From NCBI GenBank assembly GCA_965649825.1, contig OZ287698.1:883949-947948 (forward strand): 64,000 nt of DNA, written 5' to 3'. The notes under the pieces were generated by a model. The model worked only from the letters and a program-made list of their open reading frames with translations, did no database searches and had not been told where the DNA came from. Position 1 is the first letter of the stretch, and each line of letters opens with the position of its first letter. The position numbers and the translations under genes are program-made. This DNA is from Penicillus capitatus. Taxonomy: Eukaryota; Plantae; Chlorophyta. Of the stretch, positions 1-11,539 are shown in pieces.

Positions 1-597
1 GAGGAAATCAAAGGAGTCAAAAGCGCAGAAGAATGCTGCCTGAAGTGCAAGGAGTATGGATACAGTAAAACCGAATCCGCCAAAGGTCCTTTCCCTAACA
101 ATGCTTTGCGCACTAGTGTGTCGGGCTTACGTCTACAATAGCTATTACAAGAAATGCTATCCCAAGTATGCGGCATCGACTCCAAGTACCTGTAAGGAAT
201 GCTATGGCAGCAACGAATTCGAACTTGTGCGTTCATCGCTCTTTATTTCATTTGCACTAATGAGTTGTTGGTTAGACAACAAAGTCATCCTGCGAACCTG
301 TCTATGACAAAACCAGATGGGGAAACGACATTAGATCAATCTACTATGTTACTCAACCGACTGTGTGCTGCAAGATCTGTTATTCCTACCCAGGTTAGAC
401 TCAGGGTGTTGATTACATGCATTATCACACCTGTTTTCTCTGCAGACTGCGTTGCATGGACCTGGCATCGTGATCAGGACAGATGTTATCTGAAAGGCAA
501 ACAAGGAGAGTATAAACCGTGCAATGCCTGTATCAGCGGTGACAAGACATTTGTCCCAGTGCCCGGCATATCGAAGTCTCCATCCTTCACACAGTAA
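1..597 (+). CDS. Tandem PAN/Apple-domain protein, copy A (3' part; 5' end outside the window; multi-exon)
   Basis: Exons read EEIKGVKSAEECCLKCKEY, CRAYVYNSYYKKCYPKYAASTPSTCKECYG and DCVAWTWHRDQDRCYLKGKQGEYKPCNACISGDK...*. This is the PAN Cys pattern (CC-x2-C ... C-x2-[WY]-x-[WY] ... C-x-LK). Stop TAA ends at 597. Confidence 0.75.
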
Positions 598-775
598 TGT
601 TCTTCGTTCCTATTCTCAGGAGCTGCATGCATCTCTGTTTTCAGATAAGCAAATGTTGGTCAGAGATGCAGCCTGGCTGTCGCAGACGAGGAAGTCGCCC
701 CTTTTTGAAAAGCAGTTTGCATGAGTCTTTCTCCATGCGCAAAACATTTCCTCTACTGCATTTTTTTCTTTTGTC

Positions 776-985
776 GAAGAACGAGAAGGCGCAGGTCGCC
801 TTCTGAATTCCAGTCTTTATTGTGTAGCCGCATCTTTCCGATGCACGAACCCCTCTCGAAGTTTGCAGTCTGTTGATGTGTCCGTTGCATGTTGCCTCTT
901 GAAGAACGCAAAGGCGCAGGTCGCCTTCTGAAATCCAGTCCTTTTTTGTGTGACTGCATGGTCTCGAAGCGAACGCGCTACGCCG
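776..985. repeat. Degenerate ~125-bp tandem duplication containing a small GC-rich hairpin
   Basis: gaagaacg..aaggcgcaggtcgccttctgaa.tccagtc occurs at ~776 and ~901. GAAGGCG-CAGGT-CGCCTTC forms a 7-bp stem. Confidence 0.5.
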
Positions 986-1468
986 ACAGCAGAGAGCCCC
1001 CCTCCTCCGCTATATGTACAAACGACGTCCATCTCCTGGCACTTCGCCACCGATCTCTAAGAGCAGTTTCATCCAAACACCTTCCGTTAATCGACCTGAG
1101 TGTGGCCTTGTCACTGCGTCTTCGGCACTTGCTTCGCCGAGCCAGATCGAATCGCCGTTTCGTTTACTTGACGACGGCAGACGTATGGCAAATCCTCATT
1201 GAACGCTTCAGTCATCTCACACTCGTGGCACTGCCTGCAAACAACACATGCGACAAGTCGAACGCGTCGAAGAACTGCGGACACTTAGAGATCTCCCATC
1301 GAGTCTTTCGCCTTCGTGAAGAGGCACAGGCGGTTCGAGTGTAATAGGCCTCTCGCTCTCTTGTCCCCAGATAGAGATGTCATCGCCGTTCGTCGCGATG
1401 AAAACGTCTTGTCGCAGCTGACTCATCTGGCCACAACTTCTGCGGATAAAAAACAACGGCGTTCTACA

Positions 1469-1651
1469 ATGTCGCGCGTTCGACAAGACTACGACCAGCT
1501 TATCAAACTCCTGCTTATCGGCGACAGCGGTGCGTTTCTGCCGCGTGCTTTGAGTCTCCTGGAGCACTTGGCCTTCAGGCGTGGGCAAGAGCTGTTTGCT
1601 ATTGCGATTCTCAGATGGCACTTTCACGGACAGCTTCATCACAACCATAGG
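1469..1651 (+). pseudogene. RAB8: Rab GTPase (Rab8/RabE type), 5' fragment of two exons
   Basis: Exon 1469-1529, GT-AG intron 1530-1578 and exon 1579-1651 give [45 protein letters not shown] (P-loop and switch I). I found no downstream DFK/WDTAGQE/NKxD exons before the next gene. Confidence 0.75.
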
Positions 1652-2636
1652 GTCAAGCATAACTTTTCGACGATTCTTTGATGATTCGGGAAGGAATCGA
1701 CCGAAATGACTTAAACACGATATGTTTATGTAAAATAATTACTGAGTACTGGCCTGCTTCATCATACATGTCTGCCTTCGGTCATCCCTACTGTGAGAGT
1801 CCAGGTAAGTGTTGACACGTCTATGTCAGTACAATTCTTGTTTCTTTAGGGAAGTGAAACTGTCTATTAGATTTCTGAGGCACGGCTCAAAGTATCGGCT
1901 TAGTGGTCGGTTATCCAAGCAAAATGCAATGCAGACACCGTTCAGTTTCGAACAAGTTAGGTCGATTATCACACTCGCCTGCGGAAAGAACAACAACACC
2001 TCTCTCTTACCACTTGTAGATATCGACGCAGGCAATGTCACTCTTGCTTCTCTCCAACAGACGCAAAAAATGCCTTCTCTTCTGCAACCCCACATCATTT
2101 CGCAGAAGCACCGTTGTCACTGATGAAGTGACTTTCGTATTCATCTTTCCTTTTAAAGTTGAAGGTTCCTTTTCTAGCTATCCTTAGGAGGACTAGGAGA
2201 GGACGATAAGCTTTTTATTGATTGTGTGCTTAGGTTGTGTCTGTGGCTTTAAGAAAGGCGAACAACCGACTTAAAAGAATTATTCCCTGGTAACTAAGAC
2301 TATGTTCTAGCAAGACAGACACTTCCGATGATTGACCACTTGACCATTCATCTTGTTGTGCATCGTGCAAAGCACAGCCCACAATCGACATTCTTCTGCA
2401 CAAAATATCTAAACCATGCATCAGAGTGAGATTCTCACATCAAACAGAAGGCCTTCATTTCCCAATCGGCATCGGTGATCGCATGGCCTGCCTATATTTA
2501 TCTCGATATCTCGCATTGTTTGGAGCTCCAGTCTTTTCCTGCCAAACGACATCGTCACGTTCTTTCGTTGTATTTGAACGTGCTCCACCGACATTTCCTT
2601 TTACAAAACGCTCCTTCCAGCACCGCCCTCAGCAAG

Positions 2637-5600
2637 ATGTGGTCGTCGGCGTGCCTGGTGCACTTCGCCATGATTATGGCCCTCTTCTCAACGATATGCG
2701 AAGCATCGCACGATGAAATCGGTACGCCGTTTACTCCTAGTATGAAACGGACAGCGAGTGCTCGTTGCTGTCTACTACCGCAGTGAAACCGATGCGACAC
2801 TTGCAGCAGCGTGACGAAGAAGTGGCCGTTACGTCGCAAAATATTCGCAGCTTCGACAAACGGGTTGCAGAGGCGCAACGGGGCGATGTCTTTGTTTTCG
2901 TCGAGGACGTCCATCTGCTCACCGTCATTGAAGTCGCCACTCCTGGCCTGACCTTTCGTGGCGATCCTCGTACGCGACCGACTTTGACATGCGCCGATGA
3001 AGAAGGCGGTTTCCTCATCCAGTCCGTCTCCTCCTCTGTCTTGTCTTCGATGAGCAAACGAATGGATTTGGTGTATGTAGTGCGAGCAAGGTTGAAGTGA
3101 AGAACTTGATACTCCAGAACTGTACGAAGTCAGCGATACGTGTGTTTGATAAAGGGTCGATCTGCGAAGATCCCTTTGATCCCTCTTGCCAAAAAAGTTC
3201 TCCTCAGAGATTAGACATCATCCTAACGAAGGTAGATTTTATCAACAACGTGGGAACAGAGGCAGTCGGAACGGGCGGTGGTGGTGGATTTATGGCCAAT
3301 GAGCTTGTTCATGCCAAGATCCTCAACTGTCGTTTTGAGCGAAACGTAGGAATCCGTGGGGGCGCTATTTTCTTTAGCGGAAGTTCATTGTTTATTGAAA
3401 ATTCAACGTTCATTGCAAATGTGGCGAAAAACACTGGGGGTGCTATCTACGCTATTCAAAGCGAAATGATCGAAGTAGAGGAGACATCTCCAAGGCCCAG
3501 ATTGACCATCATGAATACGCGATTTGAAGAAAACAGTGTGCTGAATGGTGGTCGCGATCGATCTGAGTTGACTCTGGCGAATGGCATTGCACTAGAGAAC
3601 AATCCTTACATAAGTTTTCCATTGCCTTCACCATCTGGCGGGGCTATTTATGTTGCCGATCACGAAGAAGTTCACATCGAGCAGTGTAAATTTGCTAGAA
3701 ATCACGCTGTCCCAGCAGGAGGGGCTATTCATTTGAGTGACAACGTCCAGATTATTGTTCTGGACTGTGACTTTGATGGCAACTACGTCGAACCTCCTGA
3801 GAACGCCAATGATCCGATGGACCTGCAATTGGGCGGTGGCATTTTTATAGCACATTCAGAGACATCCTCATTGATCAGCATCGAAAAATGTCGTTTCAAC
3901 AATAACTCAGCTGTCTATGGAGGTGCATTACATTATGTGGGTCCAATCGAGGAGGCGTTTGGAGTGAATGAATGTCAGTTTACTCACAACAAGGCAACAG
4001 TAGGAGGGGGTGCCATTGTTTTCCGCAATGTGGCTGTTCCCACGATCGAGTTTACTCTGTTCGAAAGCAACAGTGCTTTCGCCGGTGGTGCTATCTTTGT
4101 GACGAACGGGGGTGGGTTGCTTCTTCCCGAGGGTGTTGCTGACAGCAGAGCTACACGTTTCATAAACAATGTGGCGTACGATGGGGGTGCTGTTTTTGGT
4201 GTCGGATCAAAAACGATAGCCATTCGTCGAATCTTTTACAAAGAAAACAAAGCAAAACGGAACGGCGGGGCCATCTGCTTAGTCGACTCAAAGGCAGGAA
4301 GTAATCTGCAACTGTCGGATGCACGCATGCACAACAACTCGGCCGAATCAGGGGGAGCTATGTACTTGGAAAGTATTTCCAGTGTCTACATCGTAGGAGG
4401 AGCGTCCGATAGGAACGCTATGATATTTACTGGATACGAGGACCCTCCACGAAACGAGTTCTTCGGGTAAGCAATCCTACACAAGTCATTCTCTGTTGGA
4501 GCTCTTCTTGACATTTCTAGGAATACAGCTGTCTCTGGAGGAGCCATCTACTACAAAGCAACGAATGTGATCCAGAATAACTTCAGATTAAACGTAGGCA
4601 TCTTCTCAGGCAACGCTGTTCATTCAAATCTCTCCTCCGTCTTCCCTGAGCCATTAAACCATCCAGCTGCAGTCCATCTATCCACTCGTGATTGGCTCGA
4701 AGCTGTAGAAAGAGATGATATGGCGATCGCTTCGGAATCCGGTGTTCTTGATCCTATGGATGCATATCCATGTCATCCAGGTGGAGGCGGTGCCATGTGC
4801 ATGGTCCTTAGTGGCATATCAGACAGAGCGCCTGCATCGATCAAGATCTCCGAGAGCAGTTTCACACGAAATTCTGCGGTTGTCGGCGGTGCAATGATGA
4901 TATCGACCAAAAAGAACATCAATTGGACATCCGACTGCCCACCCAGCAGAAGACAGACAGCCACGTTTCTCATGAGCGATCCGTGCCGAAACCTAAATCT
5001 TCGTGCACTGACCTTTGAGAAAAACAAGGCTCAAGCAGCTGGAGGTGCCCTGATGGTCTCCAATCTCAAGCACGTCTATTACTCTAACGTTGCCGAGAAC
5101 GACAGAGATTACAACTATCAAACTCTGGACGCGGTCAAAGAGAGAGACGATTTCATCGAGAACCACGTTGGAAAAGACGGCTACGGGAAAGACATTGCCG
5201 GAACTGTTGCCCGTCTGAACATCCATCGGCCAAAAGCAGACGTCGCTACTGGCGTCTTGATTGCCAATCAATCTGGTGGACGAGCACATCCTCTGCCACC
5301 TATTGAAATCCAAGTGCTAGATGGACTGGATCAGGTTATTTCTGACGGAATCGTGGATTCTGTACTGAGTGTCCATGTGACTGCTGTATCTCCAGACAAC
5401 AATGGATCCATTGCTGCTGGCCAAGTTGTATCGACAGCATCCAAAGGCGCGGCCATCTTCAATGCTCTGACTCTCAATGCTTTCCCCGGACAATACGAGA
5501 TTGTCTTCTCTGTCCGTGGCAGCAACGTCAAGGCAGTCGGTGCTAATGTCATACTAAGAGAGTGTCGTCTCGGAGAACGCTATGACAGTGACGGTTTTTT

Positions 5601-7732
5601 CTGCGAGGCATGTCCCTTTGAATCGTTTGCCTTCCATATGAATGCCACGCATTGTGCGGAGTGTCCTGACAAGGCCAGATGTTCTGGAAGTGCATCAATG
5701 ATCCCTGCTTCTGGTTACTGGCATTCCAGTCCTTTTTCCGTGATCATGCACGAATGCCTTCATGATGATGCTTGCGCTTACAAGAATCGACAAACGGATT
5801 TGGAAACCATACGAGGAGCTCAGATTCAAGAGTTCCTGGACCGGTTCGACCAACAAGACACACCTGTCTTCACCAATCAAGAATACCCTCAATGCTCCAC
5901 TGGTTATGACGGCCCGCTCTGTGGATCATGTGCACCTGGTTATGGGCAAGCGGATGGCAAGACGTGCGTCAGATGCAACAGTGACAGTGTCACTATTGCT
6001 GTGATCTCTTTGTTGGCTCTGTGGCAGTTGTTATTACTGGCCTTGATGATCCGAAGTGCTTTGGCATCCATTCGTGACATGAATCAAATGATGATCTACC
6101 TGCAGAATCAGGCTGCCGCGACGGATACACCTGCACACGCACGTGCACCACAAAAGCCATTTTCTGCCGTTACGATGTCGTCTCGAAGCAAATCGACAGC
6201 AGAGAAGGCAATCAGTCAGCGTCGCCTCTCTCTTGACACGGATGGATCCGAGATCGAAGACGAAGAGCAGCTAACACAATCTTTGCGAACAGTACCGGCT
6301 TCTGCATTCGTGTCCCCTATTCCCTGTCCTGCGCAATTGTCACCGAACGACGAGCATACAGCCGATTCCATCATCGCAGCACAACATACCCGAGAAACCA
6401 TCAAGGTACCGACTCTTGTGCCCACTCTTTGCTGTAAATCGATGGTTTGAAGATCCTTGTGAATTTTTTGCAAGTCACATCCATTGCCGTAGACATCAAT
6501 CTGGAGTGGACAGATTCTATCAAGAATGTACTGATCGGAATGCGTATGTCTTTCTTTCTGTTTGATCACTACCCTCTTGACTGGTGTGTTCAGATTCGGT
6601 GGCGGGATTCTCAACTGGTGCGGCATTTACTCCAATGGCATGTCTGTTCGATCCAGATTCCGACACCCGTTCCATCCATGCCCTCACGATTCGCATCTTA
6701 CTCGTTATGTTCTATGCGTTCCTGTTCATGTTGTTTTTTCTTGTCCGATGGCTGATCGTGCGTCGGAATCCTAACACCATTCCTCTTTCTTGCCGACAGT
6801 TTCTCAAATCGCGGCTCAACATTTGTGTCCTAGTCGTCACCCTCCTCACCTACCAGTCCGTCTCGAGAGACTTTATGGCAACTCTTAGCTGCATCCAGTT
6901 AGACTCCAAAGACATGTCTGAAGCTGAAGAATTCGATGACCCTTCCACCAATGTCAGCTATTCATACTTCTCTACAGCAAACAGCCGTTACTGGACGGAG
7001 GACACGGACATCAAATGCGACAGTAGGAGCCTAACCCTTCTGGGTTCTATCGCCGGAATTCCTGGCATTTTGCTTTTTCTTTCCGGCATTCCCCTTACAC
7101 TGCTCATTTTTCTTCTCTACAAGCGTCGAAGGAATCAGTTGATGGAGTTCAATGTGTTGAATACCTATGGCTTCATCTACGAAAACTACGAAGAAAAGTT
7201 TGTTTACTGGGAAGTGTGCATTCTTTTCCGCAAGGCGTTGATCAGCGCTATCGTTGTGTTTGCCTATCGAATGGGTGCTAATCTACAGGGGGCCGTAGCG
7301 TTGGGGGTTCTGATTCTGGCGCTCGTTATTCATTTGATCGCCTCCCCTTTCAAATTCCTTTCTCTCAACATCCTTGAAGGCTGTTCGTTGATCGTTTCGA
7401 TTTTCACTTTCTACACAGGCGTCCTCTTCAGTGATGCCAACACCGCTGACAGTGCAAAGGTCCTGTTGTCCGTGATTCTCATCGTTGTTCATGGTCTGTT
7501 CGTGATGGCTGCTCTGTTTACCATTTTTGTCTACGTGGACAAATCTATCGTGGCAAAACTGAAGCTCCTGGCCGTGACAGATATTTCCCCAACCCCAATT
7601 TCCAGAATGATCCAGCTGGCATGTGTCCTGCAACAACGCATGAAGGCCAATGCGACAGTCGCTGTGCACCAGACCTTTCCCACCTCATCTCCCCCGGAGA
7701 CAGAAAGAGACGAGTCGCCCGAAACAGTATAG
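2637..7732 (+). CDS. Large membrane protein: signal peptide, PMP-like beta-helix repeats (GGA[IV]...FxxN), Cys-rich GCC2/GCC3-like region, multi-pass TM C-terminus
   Basis: Signal peptide MWSSACLVHFAMIMALFSTICEA at 2637. ORFs 2765-3100, 3097-4470, 4567-6450 and 6584-7732 join through short GT-AG introns. More than 10 GGAI/GGAL-FxxN motifs, CEACP...CAECP...C and CGSCAPGYG motifs, and about 7-9 hydrophobic segments with a YWE motif. Confidence 0.85.
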
Positions 7733-9086
7733 ACGATGGCAGCAGCCACCAAAAAAACAGGGGGGATGACATTGAATTCCGTTTTCTACGAGGAAGAACA
7801 CAGATGCTGCGACGACAGCCATGGCTGAACCTGAGATGAGTAGATGAACAATCGATTTCGTTGCAAATGTTGACAACAAGTCAGATCTTGCTTTCTCATC
7901 TCAATCGTATTCTTGATATCTGTCGAGCATGTGTTCAAGTACTTGACTGAATAAATGATGATGCTTCTATGCAACATTCGTCTAAAAGTATGAGACCTGA
8001 TTGACGTGGATGGGACGCAGAAGAGAACGATACCATTTCACATTCACACAAGCATTCATTCTCATCACTCACTAGATGGCACAATCTATGAGAATGGTTT
8101 GGCCCAGATGGAGTGAGCTTGAATTATCTTTTTCGTATTCGTGTTGCCTTGATGCATATTTGTGTAAGCTGACGAGGGTTATGAAGATGTTATCTATGAG
8201 GTGTTTGTTCAATGTGGAGATTGCGAATGGTGCGTTTCTTTTGTCGCCTTATGAAGAACTGCATCCAGCGCGATGTCACGAAACGCGTGCGCGATTCATG
8301 AGTATTGTGAGGCAGTAGAGAAGAGACATGATCCTACAGGTTCGTTCAGTCACCATCGCTCTTGAGAGGTTCATGAACGCTCGATTGAATCTTTTGTCCC
8401 GCACGAGATTCAATATTGGACACAATGACGCATCTTTCATTCGCTCGATGAGCATCTTGGAGTAAGCAAGTGCTTCCTAGGCTCTTCAGTCGCTCGATCC
8501 TGGCAACAACAGACCGAGAACTCAAGACAATCATCTACAGTATCGTGCAGTGTCGGTGCTTTCTATGATGCATCTACACTAAGCAGCGCTGTCCATTATG
8601 TTCGCTATTCTTCTTCGTCGTCTCTAACTAGAATTGTAAACAGAACTGCGAGAAGACGCAGCAACGAGGTCGGAGCAGCTGTGTTTCTTAAGCTGGATGC
8701 TCTTCATTCACCGTGTCGTCTAGATCTCCGACTATAAACGTCGCTGCTTTGTGCTGCACATCCACAGCGAAGTTCACGATAATCGTCCTTGTCCGCAAAG
8801 CAGATTGACGACATATCATGTAAAATCCCATACGATCCAGTAAATATGATGCTATCAAGAGCGAACGATCCTGATGCAGCATGACTCTAAATCGAATCAA
8901 ATGTTCGAACTATGTTAAGAACATGTCGCGGTCTGGCAGCGAGCATTTTTCGCGACGAACTTCGTCGACGTTGCATTACAAATACCAGACACCTACCTCA
9001 TTCTCCACATCCACCGTTGGCGTTGAAGAAAAGGCCTCAGACAGTCATTCCGCGCTGACCTCTCTAAAGTGGCGTACAGCTTCGAA

Positions 9087-9972
9087 ATGTTTCGCGCCCT
9101 CGTCGTATCACTATCCATCTTGCTCGTCGTCGGACTTCGCACTTCTGACCCTTGCCTTGTTGAAAATTGTTTTTCAGGGTGTTGTTCCGTATGGGATGAG
9201 CAGTGCTATTGAACCCGACGACGCCCCAGAAAGCTACGACATATCCATGTTTGATGATGATCTTTGCTCGTGCGATTTTTGTTCGTCGGAGACTACACCA
9301 CCCTTCCCAGAATGCGACAACGATTCCAGTGGAACGGACTGGCCAGGTATCGGATCTTTGGTAAGGCTGGTGGAGGCAATGGGCGACGGTGTTCAGGTAA
9401 TGACATCGAAACGATCGAGGGTCTCGGAAATTCTGGAGCCTGTTGCAATGAATGCTCCAAAAGGGGGAAAGGTGACTCGCAACACCAGATCGTCTTTTTC
9501 GCCTAACTGCGTTCCATGATTAGAATGCACAGCGTATGTTTACCGTGCTGACGGCGATGAGTGTTCTCTCAAATTCGCTGCTGGAACTCCAACACCATGC
9601 GAAACGTGTTTTGGACAGAACGCACTGGAAAAAGTCGGCCACATCACTTTTGACGTCATCTCTGAGCCGAAAGAATTCTGATCTGCTGACAGGAACCTCC
9701 AAAGAAGTGTAATGCCGTCTCCGGAAAGCACAGATTCGGAGGTGATTTGACCGAAGGGCCGATCACTGGTATTGTCCAACCTGGAGACTGCTGTGCATTA
9801 TGTGAAGCTCGCGATGGTGTGAATATGATTGGATGGCATGTCAGTCACTGTCATGTCTGTAGATTGTGTTGGTTGGCTCTGGAGACGCGATTTTCAACAT
9901 TGCTGGTTGAAAGGTGCACTCAATTCTTTCAGTAGGTGCGCCACCTGCGTCAGCGGTGATAAGGAGGTCTAA
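9087..9972 (+). CDS. Secreted tandem PAN/Apple-domain protein, copy B
   Basis: Signal-like MFRALVVSLSILLVVG at 9087. Exons GTDWP|GNDIETIEGLGNSGACCNECSK, CTAYVYRADGDECSLKFAAGTPTPCETC, FGGDLTEGPITGIVQPGDCCALCE and DCVGWLWRRDFQHCWLKGALNSFSRCATCVSGDKEV*. The junction from the first exon is uncertain. Confidence 0.7.
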
Positions 9973-11032
9973 TTGATCAACCAAATGACATACGCTTTTT
10001 TCACAGCTTCGAAAAGAAACCGTGCTGCGTTACGTCCGAAAAAGAAAAATGTCTGTTGATACATGTGCGCGCAACAACGTAATCTTCATGTCGCTGTCTG
10101 AAAAACACGTGTGGCATACTTTTTGTAAATCGCTCGAGCCTTATGTGAATCGAGCAGATTTTTTACGAATATTGTTTGCCGATTGAAACATTACACCAGT
10201 CGAGAATGTAAAGGCACAATGCCTTATCCAGAAACTTGTCTATCCAAATGCGACTGTGTGTTTCCAGACCATTTTTTTCCGCAAGTAAGTGGTTCTGAGA
10301 AGTGATAGATCACAGAACGTCACTTTCGATTGACGTGACGTATACCTGTATAACGACGTACCGATGTTCCTGTAAGAATACCCGCCTGATTCCTCTCGTC
10401 TTCCGGTCTCGACGGGCTCAGATCACTCGGCGATACTCTCGGTCCTAACAGCTGGTTTCGAAGCAGGTCGTTCATGAGGTCGTGCGTTTAAGAGCGCTGG
10501 TGTTGAGAACCGTTTTGTCAGTAACCTGTCGACTGCCTCGTAAGGTGGTCTTCGATCGTTTGGTAGCTGTTGATTATTGATGCGTTTTTGTGTCTAGCGC
10601 TTTCTTGAGCAATCGGTTTCGATTGCTGCAAAGAATTTGCTTATAATATCTGCATAGGTAACGATCTTGTTCTAAAACTTGTCTGCATCGTATGGCGTTC
10701 AGTTGTTGGAACGTTTGCTCATGCGAGATGAAGCAACAGTGACCTTCAACAAAAGAGATCGCCGATGCTGCTTATGAAACGATCAGGCACGCAACGTCTG
10801 ACGAATATGACAACTGTCTTGCGTCTCTGGCGCCACAGATGTTGTCGCGTTCGATCAGAAAGCGCTTCAGTGTTGTGTGCAGTACCTCGACAATTAAAAG
10901 GCGTCGAGAGAAGGACATACCGAGGATCCCATTTCCGACAGCACATCTGTGCACATTCCTTGGCGATCTTTCGGAACACGAAGGCAACTTCGACGAAGAG
11001 ATCGATCAGCGTTAATTGAGATGCAAGCAAAA

Positions 11033-11271
11033 TCGGATCGGGATCGGGATCGGGATCGGGATCGGGATCGGGATCGGGATCGGGATCGGGATCGGGATCG
11101 GGATCGGGATCGGGATCGGTGTTTAGTCGGATCGGGATCGGGATCGGTGTTTAGTCGGATCGGGATCGGGATCGGTGTTTAGTCGGATCGGGATCGGGAT
11201 CGGTGTTTAGTCGGATCGGGATCGGGATCGGGATCGGGATCGGTGTTTAGTCGGATCGGGATCGGGATCGG
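11033..11271. repeat. (ATCGGG)n hexamer microsatellite with a 28-bp higher-order unit
   Basis: About 14 pure ATCGGG units, then 5 copies of TGTTTAGTCGG, each followed by 2-4 hexamers. Confidence 0.95.
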
Positions 11272-11357
11272 TAAGCTTGTTTGGGGAGCCATAGACATCG
11301 CAATGTTCCTGCTTTTTGAGCCTCGATTGTGCCCGACTGTACGGCAACAGCCATCGA
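11265..11357. repeat. Dispersed repeat end abutting the GATCGG microsatellite; second copy at ~55561-55670
   Basis: gatcgg..ttgttttggg(g)agcc.tag...gagcctcgattgtg..cga.c.tacggcaacag..atcgat is shared with 55561-55670, which is also preceded by GATCG-rich simple repeats. Confidence 0.6.
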
Positions 11358-11539
11358 TCATCGTCGTCCGCGGCCTGTCAGAGGATTAGCTGTCGGTGAT
11401 CTCGTCTTGATTAACACCTGTCGTGGCGATCGCTGCCCGAATAGTGTCAGATACCGTCGATGATTCGAGTGAGCTTTTCCCGTTGCTCGTCGCCGCAGTG
11501 TCCGATGAGCGATCCGTTAAACAAGTCCATCGATGCGTC

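Noticed and set aside
11033-11271. Interstitial telomere
   Set aside because: ATCGGG is not a known algal telomere unit, and TTTAG is followed by TCGG rather than GG.
10949-11361. DR-repeat and DP-repeat ORFs
   Set aside because: These are translations of the microsatellite.
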